Below are positions 39,369 through 52,450 of a DNA stretch of 64,000 nt, one piece after another. The position numbers were made by a program, and so were the translations under genes. Origin of the DNA: Sphyrna mokarran (Eukaryota); assembly GCA_024679065.1 (NCBI GenBank), contig JAGIQG010000016.1:10478001-10542000 (forward strand). The letters run 5' to 3'. The notes beneath the pieces were generated by a model that saw only the letters and a list, made by a program, of their open reading frames with translations, searched no databases and had not been told where the DNA came from. Numbering within the stretch: the first letter of the stretch is position 1; every line of letters begins with the position of its first letter.

Positions 39369-41869
39369 ACGAGCGCACCATGGTGGAAGTGCATGAGAAA
39401 ATAAGACTGAATCAGCTCGGCTTTGCCCAGCGAAAGTCATATCTGGAAAATGTATCTGAATTCTCTGAGGAAGTTACAAGGAGGTTAAATAGGGGAGAAC
39501 AAGTGGACGTGTTTAATTTAGAAATCCAAACGACCTTTGACTAACTGTCACTTAGTAGGCGGTAAATAAATTAATTTTCCATGGTGTTAAGAGTAAGATC
39601 ATGCATGGATTGGGTACTGGCATACTGGTAGAAAGCAGGGAATGGGGATAAAGCGATCTTTCCCAGAATGGCAGCCAGTGACAGTGATGTGCCTTGGAGG
39701 TCTTTGCTGGTACCATGACATTTCACAGTATTCATTAACGATTCGGAAAATGAACAGAAGAGACTTTTGATTGTTTTGCTGATGATACAAAAAATGTGTA
39801 GAGAGACAGGTAGTATTGAGGAAACAGGTGGGGGCTGCAAGAAGGATTTGGATAGGTTAGAAGCTCGGAGAAATAGTCTCTGAGAGTCCACCCTATTTAT
39901 TCCAGCAGATGGAATACCGTATGGGAACATGTGAGGTTATGCAGTTCGGAAAGAGGAATGGGAGCATAGACTATTTCGTAATTGGAAATTTGCTTAGGAA
40001 ATCAGAAACACTTGGATGAGAAACAGACTTGAAAATCCTTGCTCAAGGTTCTTCTCAGATTAACGTGCCCGTTCAGTCTGCAGTTAGGAAGTCAAATGCA
40101 ATGTTAGCATCCATGTCAACAGGGCTAGAATACAAAAGAGGTGTTGTACTTTTAAGGCTTTCCAAGGCTCTGGTCAGATGCCAATTGCAGTATGTTGTGA
40201 GCTGTTTTGAGACCCAAATCTAAGGAAGGATGTGTTGGCATTAGAAAGGTTCCAGACGGCGTTGACAAATATGATTCCTGCAACAAAGAGCTTGACGTAT
40301 GAGGAATGTTTGAGGGTTCTGGGTCTGTTTAATTGGAGTTTAGGAGGCTGATGGTGGATCGTATTGGGAATTACAGAATACTGAGAGGCCTTGATCGAGG
40401 GAACTTTCACAGGATGTTTTCAAGAGTGGGAAAATCCACAGTCTGCGTGCACAACCTCAGACTAGAGGAACGATCATGTAAAAGAGAGATGAGGAGGAAT
40501 TTATTCAGCTCGAGAATGGTGAATCTGTGGAACTCTTGCTGCAGAAGGTGATGGAGATCAGGATATTGTGTGCCTTTAAGACAGATAAATAGGTTCTTGA
40601 TTAATTAGGGATAAGAAGTCATTCGGAACAGACAGGAGAACGGGGACGTTAAAAAAAAACTATGATTGAATTGTAGAATAGACACATTGGGCTTAATTCT
40701 GCTCCAACGTCGTATGGATTCAGACGAAGAATCCATTTTGCTACAATATCGCCCTATTTGGTGGTCTCAGGCAGGAAATGTTTTGATATTGATCGACGCT
40801 TATTTTCATACTTATTTAAAGACGGGAGGGATGATAGCTTCAAAAATCATATTGGTTTCGATTAAGGGAAAGAGTTACGTTATGTTTTGCGCTGTAATAT
40901 TGGTTGTTAAGCATAGAAAGGAAGGCATATTAGTCGAGTTGCATCCTGGTTTTGTTGTAAATAACCTTGGGTGTCTGTGGGAAAAGTTGACATAATTCAA
41001 TAACGCCCGGATGTTTTTATCAATTCATGTAAGTATGAAGCAGCGTTTCAAAGAATCATTCTTGCCTCAAAAGAGAAAAAAATAACAAACGTCGTGTCAC
41101 AATTTGGGTCCTTACTTTTATGAAAGTAATGAAGACCAAATACCCATTTATTTTTCTTTGTATATCAAAATAATTGAGAAAATGTTTTTTTTTACGACTT
41201 TTCTCTTACATTTCAGGAACACTTGCATTTCAATTTCTTATGTCATGTTAAAAGGTGGAACAATAGTCGACAGTATATAATTGTTCAGAAGCGTTGTTCT
41301 CGAACTCCCTCTGCAGCAATTAGATTAGATTGCCTAATCTAGCTTGCAGCTATGGTATACAACACAGTTTTTTGTCAAGCCTCCCATCTCTATTAATATG
41401 TCATTGTAGTATTCTGTGTATATATTTTTTTTTCATACACCTGAGAAGCATTTGACAGGATTTTCGTCGTAATTTTACTCCTTTCTTTTTCTACATGACA
41501 AAGTGGCTCTGGATATAACCTTCATAATTTTGGAATCAGCAGTCATGCTCATATGTCCAACCTGGATTTTGTTTTCTCAAAACAGTGCATTGCACTGTAT
41601 ATATGGTCATTTCTCTGTATACCCCTTGTCCAATATAATTGTTATTAAATTCTGTATGTCCGTTGTGGTCTTGTTTCAAGTCCACAAGCTACGCCAAACA
41701 TCACAACTTGAGTCAGTGTCCTGCACAGATTTTCGCGCAAAAGTGCATTGCATTTTACGTACATTATGTTAACTGTGTACTCACTTCCGTAATATGTTCA
41801 TCGTTAAAATAAATCTGTGTAGTGTACTGGTAGCTGACATGTCTCGTGGACTTGAAATAGAGGGATTGA

Positions 41870-43000
41870 GACTAAATGGCATCTTCAAAATACATTGTTA
41901 AATTGCCCAGCTGTCTTAAGCTCCAGTCTGCTTTTTTCAAAACTTCATGCAATTCAGGAATTTATTATCCTCATCTATCCTCAGGTATATTGTCCGAAAG
42001 CCTTAGAAAGAGTTTTGATTTTGACCACGTCACGAAAGTAAAATTATCAGGTCTTTTCTAATTGTATTTTAATACAATATATGACCTTGATTTGTTTGCA
42101 GCATCAACCAGAATTATGTTGTTAAACACTGCAGGGCTGCGGATACTATCTGTGCCAGTCGTAAAGATTAACACATCCAACCACATGTGAATGGTATAGC
42201 CCATATAGCACTAATAGAGTTCTGGACAATCATTCGGTGGAGAGACATCGCGAAATGTAGTCAATGGGAAAGATTTTACACAGCGCTATGAATTATCCCA
42301 ACACGTTGAACAATATTACGTGTAAAAAAAAAACAATATTTCAACGGGGCAATTTGAAAACGCTCAAAAGATGGCAATTAGAAGTAATGCAGGCCATTTT
42401 TTCTACTGTAGAATATTCCAGGGATCACTGATTGATCGACACTTTTGATATCAATAAAGATAAAGAGGGGAAATGATAGATGCAGCCAAAAATAATGCTG
42501 ATATACTTTGCACTTACATATGTGAATTCATTAACTTTATTAAAATAAAATTAAGTGATTAATATATAGTTCTAGCCCAGTCACCCCATGTATTCAAAGT
42601 GGAAGCGGAGTGGAAGTCATGAACATGAAAAGGAGGAAGCATGAAAAAACAAACATTAACGACGGGAAGTCAGTTTCAGTGCCGAATTTTACGTTTGTGC
42701 TTGGGTTGTGCGCCACCACGCCCACCTTCCACCGAACCCAAAATGTGCAGAAAGTGGTCGGCTGACTTCTCCGATTAAAAGTGAAAGCGAAAAAGCTAGA
42801 ATGATGAAACTAAATAAGAGACATTTTACCATATAATAGCTGAAGTAGTTCAATGACGCAAAGTATACTACTGGTCGACAGGTTGACTTTATGGTTTGTC
42901 CCTTGGCATTATGTATAAGGTTAAAGATATGCATATTATTTTTCAGCTTTAACCAAATGCGAAAATGATCTTAAAGAAAAAGGTAGGCGATTGAAATTAA
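41870..43000 (-). pseudogene. TCR alpha/delta-like mini-cassette relic #14
   Basis: V ORF 42689-42934 AKGQTIKSTC..NYFSYY..LSLLIGEV..LSAHF; J donor GTAAGT (exon end 42518); C SISDP..SNC; TM FLN...RLELKTAGQFN. Confidence 0.6.
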
Positions 43001-43104
43001 AGAATACTGCATTTGAAATCTGACACAAAATTCGGTTAAATCGAAAATTTCGGTTAAATCGAAATGTTACGAGTACAAATATTATTCGGGATAGCTTCAA
43101 TCAA

Positions 43105-44500
43105 GCCTATGGGCCCGATATTACCATTGCCCGTGCCGTTTTCGGGTGTGAAAACTTGTTGAAGTCCGGCGTGAGGCGACTCGAACGATTCCAGCCGTGC
43201 CCATGTGCACACAAACATCTATTTTACCAAGGCTCAAAAATGGCCCCGATCCGATCGGTCACGTGACAAAGTAGCAGCACTGTGAAAGCTAGTGACATTT
43301 GACCAACTCAATCTGCTTTACTTTAAACTGGCATTGTAAGATTTCTTATTGTGTTTACCCTAGTCCAACGCCAGCGTCTCTACATGATGACCTCTCTTGT
43401 AGCCAGTAGGATACAAAGCTTTCTCTCAAAACCCCCCAAATTTTCTCTCTTGCCTCTCTTAATATTCTGGGTATATCCCATCAGACCCTGGAGACTTCTC
43501 TACCTTGTTTCTCAGGAACACAATACCTCCTCCTTTTTCATCTCAACATGACTCTGTCGACTGGCACAGTCTTTCCCAGATTCATCACCCAACAAATCAT
43601 TGTTTTTTTGCTGAATGTTGACGCAAAGTACGCATTTAGTACCTCACTCATCTCCTTTGATTCCACACATCGGTTCCGCCCCTTGTCCTTGAATTTCTCC
43701 CTGACTGCCCTTCGGCTCTTTACGAATAAAGAAGCCTTGCATTTTCTTTTTTTTTAAATCCTGCTGGCCAATGCATTTTCATGGCCTCTTTTAAAGCCTT
43801 CGTCCTCTTTACTTAAGACTTTTTTCTCCTGTCCTTGTATCCCACACTTGCTCCATATGTTCTCAGCCTCGTAGTTTAGCCAAATGATTCATTTGTAATT
43901 TTGACTAGACTCATAGTATTTCTTATTATCCAAGGTTCCCAAAACTTGCCAGACTTACCCTCCATGCTTACACGAATATGCCAGCCCTGAATATCTATCC
44001 AGAGGGCTTTTTTTGCAAATTCATTACAACTCTTTTAAAAAAAAAGTTGATGCGACTCCAAAGCGAATCAGGAATTGATATGTCCGTGGGAATTCAACGC
44101 ACAGCGTTGTAACCCTCTCTTAGCAGCACACTTTAATTGTAGGATTAGATGCACAATTCCTAAAATACTTCTTACTGAAGATAATTGTCAGGTCTCTGAG
44201 GCAGCAAGTTCAAATCCGAAGCAATTGCAATGGAGGAACAGGTTGAGTAAAACCTGTGAAATTACATCACCCCAGGCATGAACACTTTGCTTAAGAAAGT
44301 TAACTTGTGTTGCAGGTATGTCTGGACATCCATCAGTCAAAACAATAGATGACAGGAGGGATTTAACCCTCACTTCTGCTGTCAGTCTAACCCAAGAATG
44401 AAAACAGGGCCACTCGAACATATTGGACACAGAAATGGGCTAGAATCCAACGCCTTCCACCTCCGAGGCTCGGTGTGTTGTGAATGAATCTGACATTCAT
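43105..44500. mobile_element. GC-rich DNA-element fragment, old CR1 (-) and Deu-type SINE relic
   Basis: gggcccgatattacc start; pyrimidine-rich CR1 antisense 43300-44000; SINE-like 44100-44490. Confidence 0.5.
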
Positions 44501-44559
44501 AATTCTCTGTCAGTTCCAGCTTCACATATTCAGACCAAAATTCGTGGCTTGAGCGAAAC

Positions 44560-45441
44560 CTAGCCCCTCAAAAGCACATCAGATTATTTTTTGGAAGCTA
44601 TACCTCAATGGATTCGCGTGAATTCATCACAGAAAGCGCTGCATGACTGAAAATAGCAGCCTTCCCCTCCGTTAAATATTGTGGACAGTTATCAATACAT
44701 AAATAATCATTATGAGGGTTATGAGTCATTATGATGAAGACGGTTCCCTTTCTCTGTCTAGCTACTGGAAATATGTGCGGATATGGATTACTTCTTGAAG
44801 GATTCAATAACATTTGCCAATGTGGTTTTCATCAATTTTGCATGCTGTACACCCTATGTTGCTTCCGTTAGTTGTCTACATAGTGGGATGGCCTTAGCTG
44901 CCTGGTATATTGCCTTTAAAACCCTATTCGGTTGGGAAGCAATTGGAAAATATCACAAGTAAACAATTTGGCAAGGTAACGGTTTCGCAAGAATGTATGA
45001 CCCCGTATTATACTGCATTGTAACGGTCAACTAATCATTTAAAAAAACGCATTAATATGAATGAATGTTTCGCCATCATGATCAGAAAAAAAAGTATCAT
45101 TAATATCGAAGATGGCATTCGCTACTCGTTTGTTCGCTTGTCAAAATAGTTTTGTTTTCTCATTTTACGCATTGTCCATCCAACTTCATTGTCACCTTTT
45201 GCAAACAATGACTCAGAATTATGCCCTAACTTTCACGATCCTCCCCAGAAAACCGTTAACACAGAAGTTGTTCCATTAATTTTAATCTGGAAAGGCAACA
45301 GATAGTATACTTTAATTTGGCTTGCGATCGCCCAGGGATGAAGAAAAATGGCTTTATATCACTCCGCTTATACATACATTGATTACGAAAACCGTTCATC
45401 TCATGGAAAGCAGCAAAAACAAATGAAAAAAAAACATGCAC
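44560..45441 (-). pseudogene. TCR alpha/delta-like mini-cassette relic #15 (CP/TM not found)
   Basis: Leader 45392-45441 (M)HVFFSFVFAAFHEMN; V from 45286 LTVFWGGS*KL..GW..RKQNY..NAV*YG; heptamer CACTATG 44879-44885; C from 44764 RQRKGTVFII..YLCI. Confidence 0.7.
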
Positions 45442-45589
45442 GCTATCAAATCATAACCTAGATGTTGAAAGCATCATATTCCCTGCATAATTCATGACAT
45501 GAGACCATCTAATTCACACCTCATAATGGTATACATTTAAACATTGCACCTTACGTGCTCATCTATGTGATGCATTTAGCAGGGCAGGT

Positions 45590-46971
45590 AAATGACTGCC
45601 GTATAACGATTCGTATTGAGACTCATAACAAATACTCATATAATTATGATGAAGATTTCCTGAGGAGCTCCAAATTCCTTGTTTCCTTTGGCCAACATCA
45701 TCGGTATCCGAGAGAAATGTTACAACAGACCGTTGTAAGTGTATTGGCAGGTCACGTCATCAACGTCCTTGTGCCTAGTTGGATGCACCTGGTGTGGAGC
45801 TGGCATATCCAAAATACTTTTCTTTACCACTTTGTTTATTGGCTTGAACTTCCGTCAGCGCTAATTGTTCTTTGAAACCTCTGAACATAGTTTAATAAGC
45901 AGGCCGTCCAAGATTTTACCTTTAGAGACAGAACGAGAAAACCACAAACTCCTGCTGATATCCGATTGAGCTCGTGGAAAAAAAAAACTTCAAATTATTC
46001 ATTCTGGCCTTTTAAGCCATGCAAGATCCGAAAAAAAAAAACATTTGGTTTGTTCTCAAGTTGACATGTCGCCCTGACATTCCAGCCTTTGAAGTCTGAC
46101 CGAAAGAATTAGTGATTCACTTTTGAGTGAGGTCGTTATTTTGTGGTGATATTCTGGCACATCTTCCGAAAAAAGACTTATTTTTCTCCGAAAAAAGACT
46201 TATTTTTGAGCAATTCAGACAACTTTTCTATCTTAAACTAGCTCTGATTTCTCCACTTCAAACACTTCACTTTTTTTCAACATTTCTTCTGTAAGTTCCT
46301 CCACAAATGCCCGGTTCTCACGACTTTCATTGTCAGACTTCAAATTGACTAAAAATTTCGAAAGCCGACAATAAAATGAAACGTTGAATACATTTTTAAT
46401 GTAGATACTTGCTTAATTGTTAATTCTTTTGTTGCCTCATTATTTACCTTTCTAATAAATTGCCACCAGTTGTAAAGAATGACAGCTTATATTTCCTGTA
46501 ATTGCACTGCTTTCGAGACGTAATACACGCAAATTAATTGCATGAATGGTCTGCAATGACTTCCTCCCAACATAACGGTGGAGCAAAAAGCATCCTCTTA
46601 TCGCTAAAACATACATTGTGTATACCTTATCATTCCCCAAAGCCTTTTGAAAGAAAATGTCGGAGAGGCCAAAGTGAAATCCAAGAAACTTACGAAAAAG
46701 AAACATAGCGATGCAGGAATTATGGAATGGGTGTGCTGAAGCTTCAGATGGTTTTGTCACATCAGTAGACGTGTTCAGCTGTTGAAATACGGCTTGCATA
46801 TTACGTTTGCTGACACTTTGTTGCTGAACAACTGCATGCGTACATGATTTGCCGCTGCTTATCCGAGTAAATCCCCTCAGTACATATCATGGAAGGGATT
46901 TGACGCAACATATCTAAAACTTGCGTCTACTGATATAAGCAAAACATGTCAAAATAATAAGGAACTGTCAT
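45590..46971 (-). pseudogene. TCR alpha/delta-like mini-cassette relic #16
   Basis: Leader QFLIILTCFAYISR (GCAAGT donor); V ORF 46452-46799 ..LRLESSAI; C ~45730-45970 KSWTACLLNY..DDVTCQYTYN; TM LR.IFIIII*VF. Confidence 0.55.
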
Positions 46972-47469
46972 GTTACCAGCAGATAACAAAATTTTTCCAG
47001 ACTTACTTGCCTCATGTTCCACTCTTCCGTAACCAAACGTTCAAATTTCACAATTTTCTGCACCTAAATTATCTTGCTATCATTACTATCCGAGGGAGAG
47101 TTTCGTTTGCATTCTGGTCTACTCCACTGTTGCCCGATCCTGTACAATTCTCTCCTATTACCTATTGCAATTTAGACGTAATGCCATCTGCACTGTTATT
47201 TGCGCATCCCGAACCAACTCAGTAATCCTCACCCAACTCCTCCCCTCTCCCAACCTTCACAACTACCACCAACAACTTCCCACACCATACCTGCCGGCCG
47301 ATTTTGTTTTCGCAAGCAAAAAAAAAGTGCTATACATTTATCTATTTATATTCAATCGATGACATTTTTTTTAAAAAAAATCTGTTCATACCTTTATATT
47401 TTGCTCGAGTTGCAATGACCTTCTGATTTATTCGGATCAAATCTATGACGTCTCTACATCATAATGAAA

Positions 47470-48400
47470 ACCATGGAGTCTTAGAATTTTATGGGACAGA
47501 GGATGACCATTTGGAATTTTTATTTTAATATTCTGTCACATCTCCAGCATGTGCTCCACAATCTTGAACGCTGTTGTCTTTTTTTTTAAGTGTGCATTTC
47601 AACGCCACATAAATGCTGTGACCGCCTGTGCACCTGTCAATACTTCAGAAAATAACTTCCAGAAGTGTGGTATTTTCTGGGTAAAAAAAGAACATCAAAT
47701 CCCTTCGCAGCTTCCGGCTACTAACCCTTAACCAAATTGCATGAGTATTCAGCCTTCTAATATTGGGGGCATTTTTGACGCCAATTATTTTGTAGAAAGA
47801 GATAAGCCGTTATGTAAAAACAGCCTAAACATCCCCTCCTCTGAGAGAAATCGCTCCTGTCTCAGCAACATCTTTGTACAATTACACCCTCCCGAGTACA
47901 TTCTTCCAATGTAAACACAGATTCAAAACAGAGGCTAAAAAAACAGTTTACTGTACGTTCCCTATGACAGAATGTTCAATTGATGCATCTCAAACGTGAT
48001 CACTCGTCTGACGTTTCACGCCTGTTAATTATCCAAATTATTTCCCACACCTATTGCATTCAGAAGTCGTTGACCATGCATCCCGATGTGTTTCTGTTCC
48101 TTTCTACTGCCTAGCATTTTATCATTAATTGTACTCAGCAGTTAACTATCGGCACTGCAAAAAGAAATGAATCGCGTCGGAATTTTGCGGTATAATTTAT
48201 ATGTGTCATTGTTCCACTTATCTGACAAAACTAAGACATTCGTTACGTCCGGCGGCAGCTATCAGCAAGAAATGTGGCAATTTGGTGATCACATGCCACA
48301 CTTTCATGTCTGGATCAGCATTATACAGTACAGCCAGCACTGAATATATCCGAATTGATAATTGATACCTGGATGATGGAATGTAACCAATTAGAGCAAT
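47470..48400 (-). mobile_element. Old CR1 3' fragment
   Basis: Degenerate CR1 tail and antisense RT region. Confidence 0.65.
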
Positions 48401-48644
48401 GAATCGTATGTAGTATCACCAATGGTAATCATCAAAGACAAAATAATGACATGGTCAGCTGACCAGCTGACATAGTATAAATAACACGTCGCTGGGATTA
48501 GGGTGAACCCACGATGAGGACTCAAATGTTGATGTAATCAAATTTGTTTGTTTTCAACCGTTTTCCCATTATTATAAATTGGAGAGTGACGTATTTTATT
48601 ATATTGCCTATAACTGAAGTGTTCCTTTTGGTGGATCAACATTT

Positions 48645-51461
48645 TTAGGACTGGGCCCTGGCTTCCACTAGGGAAAAAAGAAACAATCTTTGAACATTAA
48701 CATCTGCCAGGCAGCCAATTTTGAACTTGAATTACGAAAAAAGAAACTAGTGTCAAATGGGCTCTTCTTGTTCAGTAACAAAAAGTCAATTGCAATCAAA
48801 TATGGTCAATATTATCTCTCTTTTTTGCAAATGCATTTTCTTCATTAAATCCCCTCTTTCCAGCTGATATTTGTGCAAGCAATTCATTCTCAATGGTGTT
48901 AGACTCACAGAAATTGTCTGAAAATAAGGTTTCTGTCCTCGTTCAAACTTTGAATAAAGGTTCATTGTAAGTTTTGTTTTTTCCCCTATCCAGCTGACAG
49001 ATTTCATATGGCCAAAAAATTTTGAGAATTAGTATCAAAATCTCGACAATCCCATCCGTTATTTCACGTGTCAGCAGAGGGTACATCAAAAGTAAACTAA
49101 TAGTAAAACATACACACAAATACAGGTTCTTCAGTCTTAAACCCGTGTGAATCGCAATGCCCTAATTAAATTAAAATACAAGCACGCCTTCGGATATTAT
49201 TTTTTTCCAGAAATAACTCTCTATAACGTTCCTAATTATATGGCCATCCAAATGCGACTTACATGTTACTAATGCTTCTTTCTCCACTACCTCATGTGGC
49301 AATGCCTTCCAGGCACCTACCATTCTCTGACGGAAAATTCCGTCTGCAACACCTTCTAATTTTTCTCGCTCTGTACTTGAAGCTGTGCCCCCTTGTCGTT
49401 GGTAATTACATTCTGGGAACAGTTTCTATTTATCCACCTTGCCTGTGCCACGAAATCAACGAGATGGGCTTTCCACTCAAACCTCATCTTTCCAGTGAAT
49501 GAAATCCTAGTTCATTCAAACTATCCTGATAACCAACACACCCGAGAGCATGCATCATCCTGGCGAACTTTCCTTCCATTGTCTCTAAAGCGTCTCCGTC
49601 ATTCTGATAAGCTGGGGACCAGATATGCACACAATATTCGAAATGCAGCCTACCCAAAATTTCAAACAGCTGCAAATGAATTTTCAGCTCCTGCACTCAA
49701 TTTCGCAGCCTATGATGTCAAACATGTCATATTCCTTCTTAATTACCTTGGCCACATATGATGCCAATTATGGGGAACTGCCTGAATTCCTGATTGTGAA
49801 ATTCATTATAGTTATGTCACAGTGTCACATCGGGCATACTATTGGCACAGTATTAGTCTATCGATACATTCTGATAAATATCAAAACTAACAGACAGTCA
49901 TTTTGCTAAATATGTATATTAAATGAATGGAAGTGGTTTGTGTATTACTGGTTTTCAATTTAATCGCGACCATGGGATCCGTGGCATGGCATTCGCACAC
50001 CAACATTGCATGACTGTCACATTCCAGCATTCCCGCCTTTGCTATCATGGCCACTGAAGTCGTTCGAAGTTGCACATCTCATTCACTTCTTTCTTTTTTC
50101 GGGTGAATGGAGGAAGGGTTCGGGGAGTCCTTATGATGCCCTCTCGGATGCTCTTAAATGAATTGCATATCTTCGCATATCTCCGATACTACTCTCCAAA
50201 CCTTCTCTCATTGTAGGTCCTCCTGTCAGAGTCAACAGTTCGCAACCTGCCGTAGGATTCCCGTGCTTTCCACATGCATCCGAGTGAATATGCATCGATC
50301 TATGGAATCATTCCAAGGAGTATTGACGCTCTTTTAATCAGAACAATCAGCTTCTTTTGTATCAGATGTATCTGTTATATCCCAGTGCTTACTGTATTCA
50401 GACCACCCATTTGTTAGTACCAGGACACAGATAATAATAAAACAGTCCCAGCGTAATGATAGTATTGATTTAACTGAGCAGCATATCAAAACTTTCCTTG
50501 CTGGCGTTTAAATTTGCATATATGGAAAGACATTATCCCAGGGAGATCATGGCACAGATCTCAGAAATAACCGAAGAATTTGTATAAACTGCTCCACCGA
50601 TGTCAACACTCGTCAATGATTTGATCAGAGAATTGCACATTGATTAAAAGAAAACAGTCCAGAACAAAATCATTTCGGCAACCAGTTTATTTTGTCGCTC
50701 TTTGTTCAACAATATTTGAGATCATAATAAAAGGGACTCCACCAAGCCGCTCAAGATCTGTGGCCAAACAACCACCAAAACCACGTGATAATGGCAGAAG
50801 GACAGGGCTATAATTTTGAAAAAATACATCTCGAAATGTCACCTCTGTTGTACTGGATAATCACTTACATTGCTCATATTGGAGTCTTTTGTTTTTCACG
50901 GGTAAGTGTGCTGGTGATCTGTGATTTTTTTTATATTATTCATTCATCCATTTCGATAATCACCAAAGTCAAAGGAGCAATCGTGTCAACGAAGAATATG
51001 TTTCAATAGGAGGTATATGGAACTGTCCATTTTGCAGCGTTATCTGCGTATCTTTTTAAGACTCCCGTATGATTGCGCATAGGAATGTGAGATGCAAATT
51101 GAGTAATTTGTCAAATTATTCAGCTCATAGACAAGGTAAAATAGTGTGGAATCTAGCAATTAAAAGCAAAGGTCTATAGTAAATGACTGCCACAATGCCC
51201 AACGAAAAACCGAAGTTTCAGAATCTCACAAGTGATTCATATCTGCAAAATCTTCCTATGTGTAATTTTGACCTTCATTGTTTCACGCAAGTTGCAAAGA
51301 AGTGGAACTACCATTGCAGTATCCTGAAATGAATCTTCCCTCATAGCTTCTTTATGGTAAGTTGATAGATTCTCATTCGGTGCAGAAAGCGCAACGATAC
51401 CTGTGCAAAGACCGGCCTAGTGTTTCAAATAATACTTAAATCCGAGAATTAGGTGCAATAT
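48645..51461 (-). pseudogene. TCR alpha/delta-like mini-cassette relic #17, split by LINEs
   Basis: Leader 51401-51461 (CAG|GT); V from 51323 GYCNG..NEGQNYT..ITCE..RPLLLI..DNAA; J ends 50869 (GTAAGT) KRLQYEQ; C halves TSIHLI..SKMTVC (~49890) and ~49000; CP from 48917 DNFCESNTIENE; TM TLVSFFVI..MLMFKD..EARAQS*. Confidence 0.7.
49130..49800 (-). mobile_element. Old CR1 3' fragment
   Basis: ORF 49484-49696 RLHFEYCVHIWSP..LGFHSLER. Confidence 0.9.
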
Positions 51462-51499
51462 TTCTATCTATTCCGAATAATTAATTATTCGAATGAAAG

Positions 51500-52450
51500 T
51501 GCCTACACTATTCAAGGATTAACTTTTTCCGTTGTATGTAGCACGACACAGATCACAAACGTCCAGGCCAACCTCGAGATACTGACGAATTCCTGCATAA
51601 AACTTGCTACAATTTTTCAAGAGTGAGTGGCCGACGTAGATTTTGAGAATCATCAGCACCCTAAATATCGTCCTCCCATCTACCGCTCCCCCCCAGCTTC
51701 CGCCCCAATTGTAATGCTTGGATGTCAGTAAACGAATAACTTATATTGCTTCTCGTTGCGGTAGATAAATAACAATTATTAACCTCTACAATTTTTTTTC
51801 TTTCTTTGCAGAGAAAACGTTGACTGAACTTCAGATGAGTGAGCAACTTAACTTGATGGATACTTTATTATTTCAATTTCGTGTTGAAAATTATACATAT
51901 TTTTGGAAAAGTAGGGACATACAGATTTTGGATGGCGTGATTTTCAAAAGGGGAAATTGAAGTGAAGATGGTGCCTGCCTTGTCCCGTCAGTTGCCAGTA
52001 CTAATGGAGGAGGAGAATAGCCTGTTGTTCTGTCCAATTACTACAAATGCGTTTGTAACAGTTTACTTTGCTCTCCAAGCTCAGGTATTCTGAAGCAGGA
52101 ATTCTGCACAACTATTTTCATCATCAGTCATTGAATTAACGAATACAAATGAGCTAAGAAATAATATTTCATACAAATCTCTTTGACAGAACAGACAAAT
52201 TGTAATTGCACTTATATCAATGCGGTGCTTACAGTAGACAAAAAAAAATACTTTTCCATGAGGTTAGCGATTAACTTTCTGAGTCCCTCGACTGCATCAA
52301 CAGACATATCAATTACCAGATTTGAAAGAATAATAGAACAGAAAAGAAAATAACGCAGCTCCACGGGCTTCAGTATCTTCCCTCCATTTTTTTGTTTTTG
52401 TTTTTGTTTTATTGTATGAAACTCTTCGCTCCTTTGCACGGTCCACCACT
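51500..52450 (-). pseudogene. Partial beta/gamma-like cassette relic #18
   Basis: TM-like EFVSISRLAWTFVICVVL after an acceptor at 51592; V-like remnants 52200-52450; C not found. Confidence 0.35.

Larger units (their letters stand above)
35700..40700 (+). mobile_element. Old long CR1 LINE (ORF2 EN-RT) carrying nested insertions
   Basis: IFMGDLNV, LGSNDNHMIEF, KSPGLDGLQPR, later RT and 3' segments; many stops. Confidence 0.9.
35237..41840 (-). pseudogene. TCR beta/gamma-like mini-cassette relic #13, split by a 5-kb TE nest
   Basis: Leader 41785-41840 (GTGAGT donor); V from 41720 YSAMHC..KQNPG..TEYY; C from 40974 TPKV..DATRLICLPFY..ENKRRSISK; TM ~35237-35360 NAKL..ILL. Confidence 0.6.

Noticed and set aside
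29668-39544. Antisense ORFs at 29668-30003, 38931-39404 and 39089-39544
   Set aside because: Shadows of CR1 ORF2.
46163-46206. 22-bp tandem duplication (similar ones at ~43025-43063 and ~61932-61949)
   Set aside because: Two-copy slippage events with no spacers; not a CRISPR-like array.
48400-48560. Possible solo LTR (TATAAATA motif)
   Set aside because: No clear TG..CA ends or TSD.
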